A DNA stretch of 64,000 nucleotides, from assembly GCA_964016885.1 (NCBI GenBank), contig OZ024740.1, positions 243,040,001-243,104,000 on the forward strand, in the 5' to 3' direction. This document shows, piece by piece, positions 61,441-64,000 of this stretch. Made by a program: the position numbers and the translations under genes. The notes beneath the pieces are model-generated. The model saw only the letters and a list, made by a program, of their open reading frames with translations. It had not been told where the DNA came from and searched no databases. This DNA comes from Eledone cirrhosa (Eukaryota). How positions within the stretch are numbered: the first letter of the stretch is position 1; each line of letters starts with the position of its first letter.

Positions 61441-62659
61441 ATATTATATAACATCAACTTAATCACTGCTATGAATTTTACTAAAGGATAAGAGTAAGAA
61501 ATGCAAAACTAAAAATAGATAAAGGAGTGAGGAGAGAAAGGGGTTAAATAATGAGAGAAATAATCAGTGCTGCAGCATATAGCAAAATATACACAACAAG
61601 CAGAACAGCAATTGTTGCAGTAGGTAATAATAAAAATATGTATTAAAAGCAGAAAAAGAACACCATGAGTTGTGTGCATCTTGACGAGTCAGATACTGAC
61701 TTGTCATTGCAGTAGCAAGGTATATGGCAAATCAACTGAACAGTATGCATATTGACTTGCAACTGGGTGAATAGCTGCTGCTGCAACAAGATGCTTCTAG
61801 AAACTGAAATAGTGCAGCTTTTTAGTTTATTGAACTTGAAATGGATTTTCAGTTATGTATCGCAAGAGACAAAACTTCTAATACTTGTCAAAAAATATAG
61901 TGTACGGATTTTTGAAAAACAAATATAGTATTGTTATGTAAGGAGAGAAGGACTTTGTGGGTTTGAACTACTTAGAGCAAAGTGATGTGTACAAAACCTA
62001 TCCAAGCAAAGATGAATAAATGGCATTTGTTTTTACAGAGAAATATTGAAGCAAGAAGAGAAATACTGAAGCAAGAAAATGGCTTTATAGTATTTTATGG
62101 TAAGAGTGCATATTTTGTCACAAATAACTGAGTTATAAGAACACCAGAAAGACACAACTATCCATCTGTAAATGTCTACGTTTTCCAAGTTATTTACAAG
62201 TTACTAAAGATAGATTTTTTTTTTTTTTTTCTGGGATCGGAGTTAATATATTTAAAGGCTAAACGCACTTCACTATTATGACATTTATGAAATAAATAAA
62301 TACCCTCTCTTATGCTACATGTCAGCTTCGCTTTAATATTTAGCCAAGTTTAAAGACTGCCAAACGTAATAGTAGTATGAACAAAGTCACCTTTCTCCTA
62401 TCTTCTAGCTTTGTGTATATCATTTTATGTAGAGATACAAAAAATATTCCATATCCTGGTTTTTAACTACAACAAAATTAACATCCCATTTTCTTAACAG
62501 ATTTTATAAGAGTTCTGCTCACTTTAAAGTCAATCAACAGTCCTTACCAACATTCTAGATTCAATTTACATTCTACATAATACCTCATGCTAGCTTTGCA
62601 TGGAATATAAAATCTTCTTACTTTGCATAGAATATAAAATCATTTAATACTGTGAGTGT

Positions 62660-63330
62660 TGAATCTCCAGACACACATTCCAAAGGGTCCTATCAGAAAC
62701 AACCATCTCCACATGATCCAACTGGATCCTTAAGTGAAACCAACTTATCTGATGGATGATTTCCAACCATCATGCTCATGGGTATCTTGCCGGTTGGCTT
62801 TGCCCATAGAATCTGTCCTGCAATTCTTTCCTTAGATATTCTAACTAGTCTATAAGATTGGAGCTGTGATCTCTTCAGTGACCCCTTGATCTCCAAGCTA
62901 TGCACCCTATTAAGTATTGTTACTCCAGAAGCTCTTCAGAGGAGTCCCATTTTATCTGCTTATTTTTATGACCCTATTCTTCCAGTCAATGCCCAAGATT
63001 CATGATCATAGATAAAGGTAGGCACGAAGACTGAGTTGAAGATAGCGAGTTTGGCTTTTATACCCTTCTTCTGATGATTGAATGCTGAAGCTGGCACATT
63101 ATTGCACCAGCTCCAGCAAACCTTGCATTTAATTCAGTTACCTGCCTTCCATCTCACATGAAAACAACCCCAAGATACTTGAACTTCTTCACATGCTTCA
63201 GTATAACTCACCCCTACCCACATGCAGAGTGCATTGTGTAAGTTTTCTCTTTACAGCACTGATTTTCATTCTTCCTGTGCAACACTTGGCAGCCTGCAAA
63301 TATCAGCCAACTAATCCTACACCAATCAGT
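62660..63330 (-). mobile_element. LINE fragment of the 27375 family
   Basis: RISKERIAGQILWAKPTGK and EKFKYLGVVF. Confidence 0.75.
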
Positions 63331-63369
63331 TTTGATACCACTTCCATCCGAGCTGTACTTTTCAACCTT

Positions 63370-64000
63370 ATTCTGATCACCTAGGTATCAGAAGCTATCA
63401 ACCACCTCTATAGATCCTACCTGCATTTGAAAAATGTGTCTATCACTGCGACTTCTGTCAAATTTATCTGATGTAGTTTTCCCTACCTGTTAGTTTGCCT
63501 GCTATCCCACTACATCTCTTGTGTATCCAAGATCTGCATTGTGTACATTCTATAGAATTTATGCCAACTCCTTTTTTACATATCAAACATGGCCATTTTC
63601 CTGATGGAATCAGAGTTTTGTCCTCTTTTCTACTTATCAGCATTTTAGTCTTAGCTAGGTTCACTCTCAATCCTCTTGATTCAAACTGCTGTTTCCATAG
63701 CTAGAATTTATTCTCTAGCTCCTCTACTGATTCTGCTATAAGTACATAGAGAAGTACCCAGCATAGAGAAGTACATCAGCATAGAGAAGTACCCATGAGT
63801 AGCCAGTCTTAAACTCCTCTGTTATGGCTTGGAGAACTATAATGAACAAGAGTGGGCTGAGGACCAAACCCTGATGCACTCTTACTTGTATCTGGAATTC
63901 CTCACTAAACTCTATTCCTACTCTCACTTTACTGACACCACCTCAGTACATAGCTTGCACTGTCCTCACAAGCCATTCTTCTACACCTAGTTTCTTTAGG
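63370..64000 (-). mobile_element. RTE RT + PHD fragment, runs off the window end
   Basis: QGLVLSPLLF, YAD, WPCLICKKG...CTQCRSWIHKRC. Confidence 0.9.

Overview
AT-rich, repeat-dominated eukaryotic DNA. The repeat families suggest a coleoid cephalopod (Octopus-like); this is inference, not a database result. Most of the window appears to be intron sequence of one unidentified minus-strand multi-exon gene, for which about 8 small candidate exons with canonical splice sites were read by eye. The rest is a layered transposon graveyard. It holds more than 15 copies or fragments of RTE-clade LINEs with (GAT)n tails, whose RT carries an embedded C4HC3 PHD-type zinc finger, and a GC-rich L1/Tx1-clade element inside an (AAT)n microsatellite. 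There is also a decayed CsRN1-type Gypsy LTR element that sits inside a hAT transposase relic and is itself interrupted by a young RTE. CRE, CR1/Jockey-like and Helitron relics and many tRNA-derived SINEs are present. The most notable non-coding signal is a set of unrelated hammerhead-ribozyme modules in Penelope/retrozyme-like direct or inverted repeats, all next to (AT)n tracts. One (1133-1213) has a fully canonical core. No prokaryotic-type system, CRISPR array, rRNA or true tRNA gene was seen.
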